DNA of 61,877 bases from Promethearchaeota archaeon. GTDB lineage: Archaea > Asgardarchaeota > Lokiarchaeia > Sigyniarchaeales > SOKP01. The notes below the pieces were generated by a model. That model did no database searches and had not been told where the DNA came from. It saw nothing but the letters and a program-made list of their open reading frames with translations. This document shows positions 47,712 to 56,774 of the stretch, piece after piece; the first letter of the stretch is position 1; each line of letters begins with the position of its first letter. The translations under genes were made by a program, and so were the position numbers. The stretch is from NCBI GenBank assembly GCA_014730165.1, contig WJIS01000026.1, forward strand, positions 1 to 61,877, given 5' to 3'.

Positions 47712-48959
47712 ATGGGATTTAGCAAATTTTTTCCAGATGAAGAAATCGTTCAGAGAATACGATACTTACATTTTAAAATAAAACATTTAGAAGAAGCTCT
47801 AGAGAAAGATGATGAAGTTATTGATTTGGATGATTTAAATTTCATCTTGGAATATACAAGAATTTTAAATATAAATTATGGTGCGGTCAATCATAAAGAA
47901 ATTATTGAAGAATTAGATATAACGCAAACTTTCCATGATCCAAAATCGAATAAAGATTTAGAAATCTATGATATTCTATTCGAGATTGCCCGAGTTCTTT
48001 GGGTATTGGGAAAAGCTTATTCAAATTTATCAGAAGGTTTTGAAGAAAAGGAACAATGGCAAAATGCAGTTGTTTCAATGGTAGAAAGTAGTAAAACGTT
48101 CAAAGCTGCTGCTTATTTCAGTGCTGCTTCAGCATTTCAGAGAGAAAAAGGTGAAACCTTATCCGCTGAAAATTTAGAATTAGATTCTGAAGAAACAAGA
48201 ATATGGGCACAAGGCATTGCTGCTACGAAGGAAGAATCAAAAAATAACATTTACTTTGCTTCTAAACTATATGCAGGACTCTCAGCACTTTCAAAAAGAT
48301 TATTTTATCTAAAGGAACATAATGAGAAAAAAAAACAACAGATTAGGGCTCAATTTCACTATGATATGGGAAGGGCTTGCACATTAAAGGCTCGAGCTTC
48401 AATCGAATCTTCAATCACCCCGATTAATCAGGAGAAGGTAATGAAATTAAAGCAAAAAGCTGATTTCTACTATAATAAAGCGAAAGAAATATGGAGCTAT
48501 ATGCTGGATAAAATTAAGGACATTTCACCAGATGAGAGAGAAATAATCAATAACAATCTAACTATAGTTGGAGAAAATATCAAAGATAATGATGTAGAAT
48601 CATTAGAATATGATGAGATTAAAAAGATCCAAGATCCCGAACCTATTATTATAGTTCCCGAGAATTTAGCTCCATTTGTTCCAAAATCAACTGTGTATTT
48701 AACCAAGTTTGTTCCAAAAGATGTGAACGAAATTCGATTCCACAGGTTTAAAAAGAAGAAACTTGAGAAAAAAATACCCTATAACAAAAAAGAAAAACTT
48801 CTTGATAAAAAAGCGGGTATTTTAAGAACAATTAACGAGCTCAAGGTCTTGAAAGATGATAATGAGGTTGATCTGGAAAAATTTGCTGAACTTATGGAGA
48901 AGTATTCTGTAAAACTCAAAATGATTGATACAGCCCTTCAGAAAATTGCGAAGAGTTAA
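47712..48959 (+). CDS. Hypothetical all-helical protein with a basic/coiled-coil C-terminus
   Basis: 415-aa ORF. No enzyme motif seen. Ala-rich helices (TFKAAAYFSAASAFQ) and a K-rich tail. Confidence 0.4.
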   Translation: MGFSKFFPDEEIVQRIRYLHFKIKHLEEALEKDDEVIDLDDLNFILEYTRILNINYGAVNHKEIIEELDITQTFHDPKSNKDLEIYDILFEIARVLWVLGKAYSNLSEGFEEKEQWQNAVVSMVESSKTFKAAAYFSAASAFQREKGETLSAENLELDSEETRIWAQGIAATKEESKNNIYFASKLYAGLSALSKRLFYLKEHNEKKKQQIRAQFHYDMGRACTLKARASIESSITPINQEKVMKLKQKADFYYNKAKEIWSYMLDKIKDISPDEREIINNNLTIVGENIKDNDVESLEYDEIKKIQDPEPIIIVPENLAPFVPKSTVYLTKFVPKDVNEIRFHRFKKKKLEKKIPYNKKEKLLDKKAGILRTINELKVLKDDNEVDLEKFAELMEKYSVKLKMIDTALQKIAKS

Positions 48960-49069
48960 ATAAAACTTATTAATTTTTATCTAATCTATATAAAGATAAG
49001 AGATTCAATTATTCTTTCATTTTAACATTCCTCGAAAATATTATTATTTTTAAAATTCTTATATAAAAC

Positions 49070-49336
49070 ATGTCCGATTCGCTATCATTGCTTATTTATA
49101 TTAAAAATATGCTATCCGATCTCACGTTTATTAATGGAGTTATCGCAACAGAGTTAATGAAAATTACTGAGAATTTAGCTGCCTTAAGAAAAGGTGAGGA
49201 AGTTCTTCAAAAGAGTAATTGTTTAAAAGAACATCATGAATTAAATGAAAAAATAATCGAGATAATTAAGAAGTATAAAATTAAACCGGAAGATTACGAA
49301 ACTCTGGAAAATCATATCCTCAAGCATGAGGATTAA
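49070..49336 (+). CDS. Hypothetical small helical protein
   Basis: 88-aa ORF upstream of iscU. No motif. Confidence 0.3.
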   Translation: MSDSLSLLIYIKNMLSDLTFINGVIATELMKITENLAALRKGEEVLQKSNCLKEHHELNEKIIEIIKKYKIKPEDYETLENHILKHED

Positions 49337-49385
49337 AATTTTGTTATAGAGAAGATAGTTTAAACTATTTTTAAAGGTGGAAAGG

Positions 49386-49823
49386 ATGAAAAAGGATAGT
49401 TTCGATAAATTTGTTGACGAATTACAAGAGGAAATCATTAAGCAAGAGTTAGAGGAATTTAATGAGACGATTGTTAATCTTTTTCATAATCCCAAAAATT
49501 GGGGGAAGCTCGAAGATTCAGATATATCAGTTGAGCATTCTTATTTGGGACCATGTGGAGATACAATGCGTTTTTTTCTTAATATTAACAGAGATGGGAT
49601 AATAGAAAAAGCAAATTTCATCACAGATGGATGTGGAGCTTCTGTGGCTACCGGTAGTCAGACAACTATGATGATTCAAGGAAAAACAATAGAAGATGCT
49701 AAAAAATTGACACCAGAAGAAATTGACAATGCACTTGATGGATTACCAGATGACCATAAACATTGCGCGGAACTTGCAGTTAGAACATTACGCCAAGCAA
49801 TTCAGAAATATAAAAAGCATTAA
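49386..49823 (+). CDS. iscU: IscU/NifU-N-type Fe-S cluster scaffold
   Basis: Three conserved Cys contexts: GPCGDTM, TDGCGASVATGS and DHKHCAELA. First ATG at 49386; the track starts at a GTG at 49377. Confidence 0.8.
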   Translation: MKKDSFDKFVDELQEEIIKQELEEFNETIVNLFHNPKNWGKLEDSDISVEHSYLGPCGDTMRFFLNINRDGIIEKANFITDGCGASVATGSQTTMMIQGKTIEDAKKLTPEEIDNALDGLPDDHKHCAELAVRTLRQAIQKYKKH

Positions 49824-49840
49824 CATCAAATAATTATAAT

Positions 49841-50557
49841 ATGGTAAAACTCGAAAAGGAAGATATTGAAATCCCAGTAGAAGAAGATAATATTTCTCTT
49901 AAAGCAAGCATCTATTCTACTTCTAATACACCAACCAGTGCTCCTTTCATTATTAATATGCCCGGGCTATTAGACCACAGAGAAAGTAAATTTGTTAAAT
50001 TTTATAGCGAAAAATTTGCTAAAGCTGGTTTTTATGTGTTAGTATATGATTATCGAGCACATGGAGAGACTAAAAAAGAAACAGGTTCACGCTGGGATAA
50101 AATGATACTCGAAATCTTTTCTGATCTTGACAGAGTTATTAATTGGACATTAAAAACCCAATCAAAAAAGATACAGAATAGGGAACTTCATCTTTTTGGA
50201 AGAAGTTTAGGAGGAGCAATAATATTAACTCATGGATTTATGAACGATCATACCACTAAATTAATTGCCTTATGTACTCGCTATGATTATCATACAACAA
50301 TTATTAAATTTCCAGAAGAGACTATAAGAAAAATGAGTCCAAAATATTTCCTCGAGACAAGAAATAATAATAATAAGAGAATCATGATTGCTCATTGTAA
50401 TGATGATAAACGCATACCTTTTAAAAATGTTAATCAGATTCAAAGTCATCTTGGTTTAAGTAACAGTAATGTTTTACAATATGAAAGTGGGGGGCATTCA
50501 TTTAGAGGACATCGAGAGGAAATATTTAAAAAAGCTCTTGAATTCTTAAAAAACTAA
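49841..50557 (+). CDS. Alpha/beta hydrolase
   Basis: 238 aa. Nucleophile elbow GRSLGG (GxSxG), a late Asp (CNDDKRIP) and a late His (GGHSF). Confidence 0.7.
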   Translation: MVKLEKEDIEIPVEEDNISLKASIYSTSNTPTSAPFIINMPGLLDHRESKFVKFYSEKFAKAGFYVLVYDYRAHGETKKETGSRWDKMILEIFSDLDRVINWTLKTQSKKIQNRELHLFGRSLGGAIILTHGFMNDHTTKLIALCTRYDYHTTIIKFPEETIRKMSPKYFLETRNNNNKRIMIAHCNDDKRIPFKNVNQIQSHLGLSNSNVLQYESGGHSFRGHREEIFKKALEFLKN

Positions 50558-50608
50558 AAGAAATATTATTCACTAATTTATTAAATTTAAAAAAAAGAGT
50601 GAGATATT

Positions 50609-51520
50609 ATGGAAAAGCTTGAAAAGTTTGTAATAGTTGGACCGGGATCCCAATTACTCGGTGTAAAAATCGCTAATATTTTAGGAATAAATCATATAAA
50701 TACAGAATTTAAATCCTTCCCTGATGGGGAAATTTATCTGAGACTTAATTTGGAAGATGAAACATTATTAGAAAATAAGGAAATAATAATTATCCAATCG
50801 ACAGGACCTAGTGCTAATAGTGACCAAAACTCTCGTCTTTTTGAACTTTTAATGATAATTGATGCAGTTAAGCGAATTGGAGTGGAAAAGATTAGTGTAA
50901 TTGTTCCTTATCTTGCTTATGCGAGACAAGACAAGATTTTTAGACCTGGCGAATCAGAATTTGCGAAAAGAGTATTAAAGCTAATTGATATAATGGGGAT
51001 TGATGAATTTTTTGTTGTAGACATTCATGCTCCAGAAGTTTTAGAGGTAATGAGTTGTAAGACAGTTAATATCGATTCTATGGATGTGTTAGCAAAATCG
51101 ATCCGAGATATGGGAGCAGAGGATATTGTTGTTGTCTCTCCTGATAAAGGTGCGATTGAACGCTCAAAAGCTTTTGCGAAGCATTTTGGAGATAATATCC
51201 TTGTGGATGTTTTTGAAAAGAAACGAGATGTAAAAACCGGAGAGATTACAATGTCAGGTTCATTAAGCTTGGAAAACAAGGATGTAGTTATCGCAGATGA
51301 TATCATCGCAACGGGAGGGACAATGGCGACTGCAATCAAGTTAGCCCGTAAAAGTGGAGCAAATAAGATATATGCCGCTGCAACCCATGCATTAATGCTC
51401 CAAAATGCTAAATATAGAATTTTAAGCGCAGGAGCAGATGAGATTATTGGTACTGATTCAATAGATAATGAGGTAAGTAGAGTTTCTTTGGCAAATGTTA
51501 TAACAGATTACTTAAAATGA
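50609..51520 (+). CDS. prs: Ribose-phosphate pyrophosphokinase
   Basis: 303 aa. Motifs are FPDGEIYLR, YLAYARQDK, VVDIHA and the PRPP-binding VVIADDIIATGGT. Confidence 0.85.
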   Translation: MEKLEKFVIVGPGSQLLGVKIANILGINHINTEFKSFPDGEIYLRLNLEDETLLENKEIIIIQSTGPSANSDQNSRLFELLMIIDAVKRIGVEKISVIVPYLAYARQDKIFRPGESEFAKRVLKLIDIMGIDEFFVVDIHAPEVLEVMSCKTVNIDSMDVLAKSIRDMGAEDIVVVSPDKGAIERSKAFAKHFGDNILVDVFEKKRDVKTGEITMSGSLSLENKDVVIADDIIATGGTMATAIKLARKSGANKIYAAATHALMLQNAKYRILSAGADEIIGTDSIDNEVSRVSLANVITDYLK

Positions 51521-51534
51521 ATTAGTCGACTAAA

Positions 51535-52077
51535 TTAGTAATTATTAATTATTTTAATACAAAGCTCTTTTGTTTTTTTTTTTAGATCCGATTTTGTGGA
51601 TTTATTTTCTATAGTATAATTTGCATTCTTGATTACTTCATTTATACCAAAATTTTGTTCTCTTTTATCCCGAAGATTTAAATCTTCTATAGTTTTAGGA
51701 TCATCTTCCCTAGATCGTTCCTTAATAATTCTAAACCTTTTCTTATCAGAAATAATTATAGCTATTACCGGAAATTTCTGCTGTTTTCGAAAGTACTTAA
51801 CTTCATCCATAGATCTTAATCCATCAACAAAAATTGTATCTATGTTCATTGTTTTGATTTCTTCCATACAGCGTTTGGCAATAACCTCTGGTCCATATTT
51901 ATCTCTCAATTCTTTAGCGATTTTACCAAGGTTTTTATCGTTTAGTTCGATATCACGTCTTAATAATTCATCTCTCACAACATCACCCATATTCATCACT
52001 ATCCCTAAATCTTTTACCGCATCTATCGCTGTACTTTTACCAGAGCCAGCTAATCCACAGAATCCAATCAATTTCAA
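51535..52077 (-). CDS. P-loop nucleotide/dephospho-CoA-kinase-like kinase (UPF0200-like)
   Basis: 180 aa. Walker A is GFCGLAGSGKST. Start is a TTG at 52077. The first 32 nt of the CDS lie inside the 65-bp direct repeat. Confidence 0.6.
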   Translation of the reverse strand: MKLIGFCGLAGSGKSTAIDAVKDLGIVMNMGDVVRDELLRRDIELNDKNLGKIAKELRDKYGPEVIAKRCMEEIKTMNIDTIFVDGLRSMDEVKYFRKQQKFPVIAIIISDKKRFRIIKERSREDDPKTIEDLNLRDKREQNFGINEVIKNANYTIENKSTKSDLKKKTKELCIKIINNY

Positions 52078-52110
52078 GAGATTTCACTTTATTGTAAAGA
52101 TAGATTTATA
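52046..52110. repeat. Direct repeat copy 1 (att-like), spanning the kinase gene 5' end and 33 nt upstream
   Basis: ccagctaatccaCagaatccaatcaatttcaagagatttcactttattgtaaagataGatttata; 63/65 identical to 56910..56974. Confidence 0.9.
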
Positions 52111-52397
52111 TCCCAATATTGCATTTCTTAACCAAATTTTATATGTTTTAATCTCAAATAAATATATTTACTAGTCCTTATCCGATAAATTTCCGATAAG
52201 AGGAGGAAATATAAATGAAGTTAGTGGAAAGAGGGTAACGATCACTTGAGCCGTTATCTTATCTGCCTTCAAAAAGATTAAATAACGTGCCAAATCAAGG
52301 TTGGAACTTTGTCTATTAGGTACGCCACGAGCAATATTCCTTAGCATGGAATACCTATCGAGAGCAACTCTTAGCCGACATTGGAGAGCAAGTCTTT

Positions 52398-53591
52398 ATG
52401 TCAGTCACCGCCTCTTTAGTAAGTAGTATAATCATTTCTGTATTAACCGCAGCAAGTTGGGGAGTAGGAGAACCCGCTGCGAAAGCAATAGCTCATCTCG
52501 CCTATTTGAGAATTTATACCTTAATGACCAAGATGTTTATCGACATGGATATGAAAATTGCTGAAGCTCAAAAACGAGCGAGCACATTCTATCCCGTTGG
52601 AAAAGAAAAGAAGGATCCCGTCTCTCTTAATGAACGTTGTCTCACCGATAGGCTATTAGGAGAAGGGATGATCGCTGCCCTAATCGGAGCGCCTGGAGGG
52701 GTTTACACCACCGCTACCGGAGGAGACCCGGGTAATCGCTACAGTGCCGAAGTCTTAGTGACTCCTCCAAACTACGCTCGTATGGGAAGAAGTTTAGGAG
52801 GATTTATCGATCTCTTATGGGAAAACTTCTGGAGCATAGGAACCTCTGACCCCGATACTTTTACCGCCTTAGATTTCGATGATCAAAACATCGATTATTT
52901 CATGCTTACCAGCCAATTAACCTCACTCAATTATAATCCCTCCATCACCTTCACTCCTTCAAACGATCCGCTCAATCCATATCATATGTACGGGTTAAAT
53001 ACCTTAGGATATGCAGAAGGAATTGTTTCAACCGCTTCTGATGATGAGTTTAATACGATTCAAGCAACCAATATTAATGGCAATCCGCATTATGAATTTG
53101 TAGATGGAATTCGTACCTATGATACCGTGTTACCGCAATCCGGCTTATATCATCCGTTAGTTTTATCTCAAGACAGACTGGGAAAAGTACATCTTCCAAA
53201 AGGACATCTTATTATTGAGGTAAGAGCTACGGGTCTCGGAGGAGAGCGAAAGGGAATGAATCCTCTCAAAATGAGTGCGGCAGAACACACCGCCTACGAG
53301 CAGAAGATTCCCCTCAATCCAAACGGCTTCCATTATAACATTACAAAAGTATGGGTCGATGTCGCCCGAGAAGCCGAATTTGAACAAAAAACCTCTTCAT
53401 ACGGTACCGGTAGCAAGATCATTACCAGCATCCCAATACAAGATATTGCGGTAAATCAAAGTGATTATGTTATTGAGAATGGAAATCTCTATTTTACGAA
53501 ACCTATCGAAGAAATTATAGGTTCTGTCGCAGGAGCATCTTATCAATCCGATCTCAGAACATCCTTAAAAGGAGAGGGGAAATATATTTAA
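52398..53591 (+). CDS. Orphan protein with a hydrophobic N-terminus, GC-richer than its surroundings
   Basis: 397-aa ORF with a Gly/Thr/Pro-rich composition unlike neighbouring genes. The frame stays open for 26 codons upstream of the ATG, back to a TAG at 52317-52319, so the 5' end may be eroded. Confidence 0.5.
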   Translation: MSVTASLVSSIIISVLTAASWGVGEPAAKAIAHLAYLRIYTLMTKMFIDMDMKIAEAQKRASTFYPVGKEKKDPVSLNERCLTDRLLGEGMIAALIGAPGGVYTTATGGDPGNRYSAEVLVTPPNYARMGRSLGGFIDLLWENFWSIGTSDPDTFTALDFDDQNIDYFMLTSQLTSLNYNPSITFTPSNDPLNPYHMYGLNTLGYAEGIVSTASDDEFNTIQATNINGNPHYEFVDGIRTYDTVLPQSGLYHPLVLSQDRLGKVHLPKGHLIIEVRATGLGGERKGMNPLKMSAAEHTAYEQKIPLNPNGFHYNITKVWVDVAREAEFEQKTSSYGTGSKIITSIPIQDIAVNQSDYVIENGNLYFTKPIEEIIGSVAGASYQSDLRTSLKGEGKYI

Positions 53592-53607
53592 ACAATTATT
53601 TTAATAT

Positions 53608-53646
53608 TCTCCCTCCCCCGTGGTGCCCCCTCCTGAAAATTCCTCC
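53608..53646 (+). repeat. C-rich ...TGAAAA 3'-flank motif, copy a
   Basis: tctCCCTCCCCCgtggtgCCCCCTCCTGAAAAttcctcc, 17 nt after the stop of 52398..53591. Confidence 0.7.
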
Positions 53647-53747
53647 TAAAAAATTTATAAATCACTCATCCATTCAAAACTTTTTTGAGAATCTATTCTA
53701 ATATAAGTTAGATAAAAATTAAAAGTATGTAATACATACTTACATAC

Positions 53748-53978
53748 ATGAGAACTAATATTGTGATTGATGATGAGTTAAAGGAGAAGTGGTGGGAGAT
53801 TAAAAGAGAAGCAGATCATCTTAACATGAAAATTGGCGATTATATTATTTTTTGTCATGATCTCAGAAAAAAGATGGCGAATAAGGATAAGATTCTTGAG
53901 ATTTTAGGAAATCCATTATCAGATGGTTTAAAAGATGTAGATGTAATAAAGGCAAGTAAGAGTATGTGGAAATCATGA
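53748..53978 (+). CDS. vapB: VapB-like antitoxin
   Basis: 76 aa. The N-terminal MRTNIVIDDELKEKW is typical of VapB-type antitoxins. It overlaps the downstream PIN gene. Confidence 0.65.
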   Translation: MRTNIVIDDELKEKWWEIKREADHLNMKIGDYIIFCHDLRKKMANKDKILEILGNPLSDGLKDVDVIKASKSMWKS

Positions 53979-54388
53979 GGGGGATAGATTCGAATATTCT
54001 TGTGTATGCATTGAATAAAGATCTTCCTGAACATTTACCTTGTAAGGAACTTTTAATAGATATCGTTAACGGAAATGAACTTGTGAGTATTCCTTCAATT
54101 GTTTTTATGGAATGTTTCCACGCATTAGTTAAAGCATTTAAATATAAAGAAGTTGAGGTTAAGAAACGATTAATTGCAATCATCGATTCAAAAAATATTA
54201 ATGTCTTAGACATATCGACTTCCTCAATTTTATTTGCATTTGAGATTGCTGAAAAATATAGAACGGGAGGGAGGGATTCCTTAATCGCAGCAAGTTTATT
54301 AGAAAATAAGATTCAAGAGATCTATTCTCATGATTCAGATTTTGATAATATAAAACTCATAAAACGGATTGATCCAATTCAATTTTAA
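53975..54388 (+). CDS. vapC: PIN-domain toxin (VapC-like)
   Basis: GIDSNILVYAL (first acidic residue), ECFHAL, GGRDSLIAA and SHDSDFDNI supply the PIN acidic quartet. The ATG at 53975 overlaps the vapB stop (ATGA); the track start is 53966. Confidence 0.8.
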   Translation: MRGIDSNILVYALNKDLPEHLPCKELLIDIVNGNELVSIPSIVFMECFHALVKAFKYKEVEVKKRLIAIIDSKNINVLDISTSSILFAFEIAEKYRTGGRDSLIAASLLENKIQEIYSHDSDFDNIKLIKRIDPIQF

Positions 54389-54405
54389 ACTAGCTAAAGT
54401 AATAA

Positions 54406-54451
54406 TCTCTCTTTTCTACCTACCTCCCCCATGTTTTCCCCTCTTGAAAAG
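54406..54451 (+). repeat. C-rich ...TTGAAAA 3'-flank motif, copy b
   Basis: ...ctaCCTCCCCCatgttttCCCCTCTTGAAAAg, 18 nt after the vapC stop. Confidence 0.7.
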
Positions 54452-54539
54452 CTAATTTCAAACTTCCAAATTGTTTTTCTTCAGTAATCCTTTTTTTGCT
54501 TCTTAAATACAATTATAAGGAGATTCTGCATACTTTTCA

Positions 54540-55046
54540 TTGAATTTGAGTGGAAATTTGGATGGAAATAGAATAAAAGAATTACCAAATTGCATCTCGA
54601 ATTTACTCAATTTAGAAGGATTAATAATGCGTAATAATATTATAAAAAGTATACCAAATTCAATAGGGAATATGAAGAGTTTAGATTCCATTATTTTGAG
54701 TAATAATCAAATTTCAAATATTCCAAATTCGATTTGCCAGCTCGGAAATCTTGAAACATTAGCATTAGATAATAATCAAATCTCAAAATTGCCCGAATGT
54801 ATTGAGAATTTAACGAATCTTATCGATCTTTCCTTAAAAGATAATGAATTAAAGGAATTACCTAAAACTTTTATTAATCTAAAACAATTAAGTGGGTTAG
54901 ATTTAAGTAATAATAATTTTACTGAATTTCCCGAAATTTTAAAAGAAATGAATCTATTTGAACTTGACATCTCGGGAAATCCAATCGAAGAATTTCCAAA
55001 CAAGCTAAAGAATATCAAGATGAAAGAAAAAGGTAAGTATATATAA
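54540..55046 (+). CDS. Leucine-rich repeat protein (LRR-only, possibly a fragment)
   Basis: 168 aa. Six to seven 23-aa LxxLxLxxNxIxxIP repeats (e.g. LDSIILSNNQISNIPNSICQLGN). TTG start and no partner domain. Confidence 0.65.
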   Translation: MNLSGNLDGNRIKELPNCISNLLNLEGLIMRNNIIKSIPNSIGNMKSLDSIILSNNQISNIPNSICQLGNLETLALDNNQISKLPECIENLTNLIDLSLKDNELKELPKTFINLKQLSGLDLSNNNFTEFPEILKEMNLFELDISGNPIEEFPNKLKNIKMKEKGKYI

Positions 55047-55363
55047 TCTTACGCTACTAGATCGGTTTGGTTAACATCTTATCCTTTTCACTTGCAATAA
55101 GATTCTATTCTAAAAAGAATCTATATCTATCTAATAGACTTTGAGATGAGGATAAAACACGTTCCCAAAGGTTGATCCTTTTGTCGAAGAATTTTCTAAT
55201 GGTCATTAATCCAATGTATTTTTTATCTTCTCACATGGAGACAGATCCTGTGTGCAGATAGTGATCATGAACGATCTTGATCTCCACGTCAAATCTCGTG
55301 AATTGGTAAACATATTAACCCAGAAACCGAAAAAAGGCAAAAGAGCTTCAAGCACTCCGTAGA

Positions 55364-55654
55364 ATGCGCCCAATTCGTGAACCATCCATTAAGATCTATT
55401 TATTTTCAAACTCTTTGGAGAGTCATATCGAGCCAACTCATTATATCAACTTAAACAGTCTCAAGAAAGCATCCGATATTTTCAATGATAATTATGAAGG
55501 ATTAACCAAAACCGAGATTTATAACAAAATCGCTGGTAAAACCACTGAAAAAATCAGAGCTATCGAAATCTTACAATTCACGGGAAAGAAGATATGTCGG
55601 GTAAGGGTAAGACACTATGGAGATCGGATTAAACCATCCGTTTTACTCTGCTAA
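55364..55654 (+). CDS. Hypothetical protein (possibly a gene fragment)
   Basis: 96-aa ORF. A separate short ORF in another frame (MNDLDLHVKSRELVNILTQKPKKGKRASSTP) lies directly upstream, suggesting a disrupted gene. Confidence 0.3.
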   Translation: MRPIREPSIKIYLFSNSLESHIEPTHYINLNSLKKASDIFNDNYEGLTKTEIYNKIAGKTTEKIRAIEILQFTGKKICRVRVRHYGDRIKPSVLLC

Positions 55655-55830
55655 TTACCCATTTCTCTTCTTTTATTATTATAGAGGGGAGGAAAATTAA
55701 GCTATCTAAAAGGAGTTAAAATTATTTTTATCTATTTCTTATTATTTTGCTAACTTTTGGGTAAAAATTTCAATCAAAAATATTGTAATCTTCCACAGAC
55801 TAACAAGATTTCCGCGTTGAGAAAAAAGAT

Positions 55831-55860
55831 CCCTTTCAAAGGGAGGAAAAGGATGGAGAG
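55831..55860 (-). repeat. C-rich ...TTTGAAA 3'-flank motif, copy c (minus orientation)
   Basis: The minus strand reads ctCTCCATCCttttCCTCCCTTTGAAAggg, starting 13 nt after the stop of the minus-strand PIN gene. Confidence 0.65.
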
Positions 55861-55873
55861 ATATATTCAGTCA

Positions 55874-56284
55874 TCATAAATTAATTCCCTCGTAGAATAA
55901 ATCCGTATTGAATTTTGCTTTGAAAAGTGCTAGTCTCTTGTCCAGAGCCCCGATCCCCTTACTTTCTATTGATAAAGCTAATGCGATAAATGGAATATCT
56001 TTGGGATCTATTTTGCCAATAATTTTTTCAGCTCTATTCATTTCATCAAAATATTCCTCTTCTACTACAACAATAATCTTTTCATGGATAATTTTAACTA
56101 ATTCATCTAATTCCTTTTCAGTACCACCGAATTTCTCAAGAATAGCGGATTTATATTTCTCTAATTCAATATTGTAAAAATCTGGAATGTAAAATGTAAA
56201 ATTAGGACTTAATAAGATTTCTCTAGTTATTGATTTTTTCATAAGTTCCGAGAAGATGATGTTGGAATCTATGATTAACTTCAT
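55874..56284 (-). CDS. PIN-domain protein (toxin of a second TA pair)
   Basis: 136 aa. The N-terminal MKLIIDSNIIFSEL has the conserved Asp, with further acidic positions (EEEYFDE, DPKDIPFIALA). It shares a 4-nt overlap with the upstream small gene. Confidence 0.65.
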   Translation of the reverse strand: MKLIIDSNIIFSELMKKSITREILLSPNFTFYIPDFYNIELEKYKSAILEKFGGTEKELDELVKIIHEKIIVVVEEEYFDEMNRAEKIIGKIDPKDIPFIALALSIESKGIGALDKRLALFKAKFNTDLFYEGINL

Positions 56285-56523
56285 TTTTTCAAGGTTTCCA
56301 AGTAATATTTATATCTCTGCCACATTTTTTCCTTTATTTCATCCCCGAATTTGTCTGCCTCTTCCAATGTGAAATTACTTTTTTCTGCTAATTTATTCGC
56401 AACCTCCAGTTTCTCTAAATAGTTTTCAATTGCACATTGAGCTACCTTTTCCCAATTAATTTCGGGGTATTTTTTCATTTTTTCCAATATATCTTGTGAA
56501 AAGGAAAATCTGATATCGGTCAT
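56281..56523 (-). CDS. Putative antitoxin partner of the PIN protein
   Basis: 80-aa helical ORF, translationally coupled (ATGA overlap) to 55874..56284. Confidence 0.5.
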   Translation of the reverse strand: MTDIRFSFSQDILEKMKKYPEINWEKVAQCAIENYLEKLEVANKLAEKSNFTLEEADKFGDEIKEKMWQRYKYYLETLKK

Positions 56524-56774
56524 ATTCCATCTATAAATTTTATGGAAGGTAGAATTTATAATTTTTTCTCTTTATTTCTATTCTTCCTCAGATTATTAGT
56601 TTCTGACTATTCTTTTTAGTTACAAAGTTAATTTTTTCTATTATATATAGGTATATTAAGTTCTGAGTTCTAAGGTATCCTCAGTTCTCAGATCCTATAT
56701 ACCCTCTTTTTTCATCATCAAAATTTATGTATTCATTTAAAAACCAACTGAGACTTCCCGCCGAAAGAAAGAAT

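Noticed and set aside
6640-51339. Other internal or antisense track ORFs: 6640..7017, 6941..7135, 8631..8819, 9081..9494, 9771..9968, 10520..10729, 11412..11849, 16357..16560, 20660..20923, 23080..23427, 23838..24029, 26445..26660, 27764..27955, 29165..29428, 30498..30725, 32474..32713, 34142..34570, 37529..37720, 40680..40877, 40974..41258, 43787..44161, 44129..44362, 47342..47560, 48497..48706, 49241..49438 and 51025..51339
   Set aside because: Each is nested in or antisense to a longer ORF with clear family motifs and shows the biased composition expected of non-coding frames.
51629-52174. 181-aa plus-strand ORF overlapping the kinase gene
   Set aside because: It is antisense to a gene with a clear Walker A motif. 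Its translation is low-complexity and Ser/Ile/Leu-rich, typical of a shadow ORF in AT-rich DNA.
55838-55877. GGGAGG followed by ATG (an SD-like mini-ORF, MERYIQSS) within motif copy c
   Set aside because: It is only 8 codons long and lies inside the 3'-flank motif of the minus-strand PIN gene. It is most likely coincidental.
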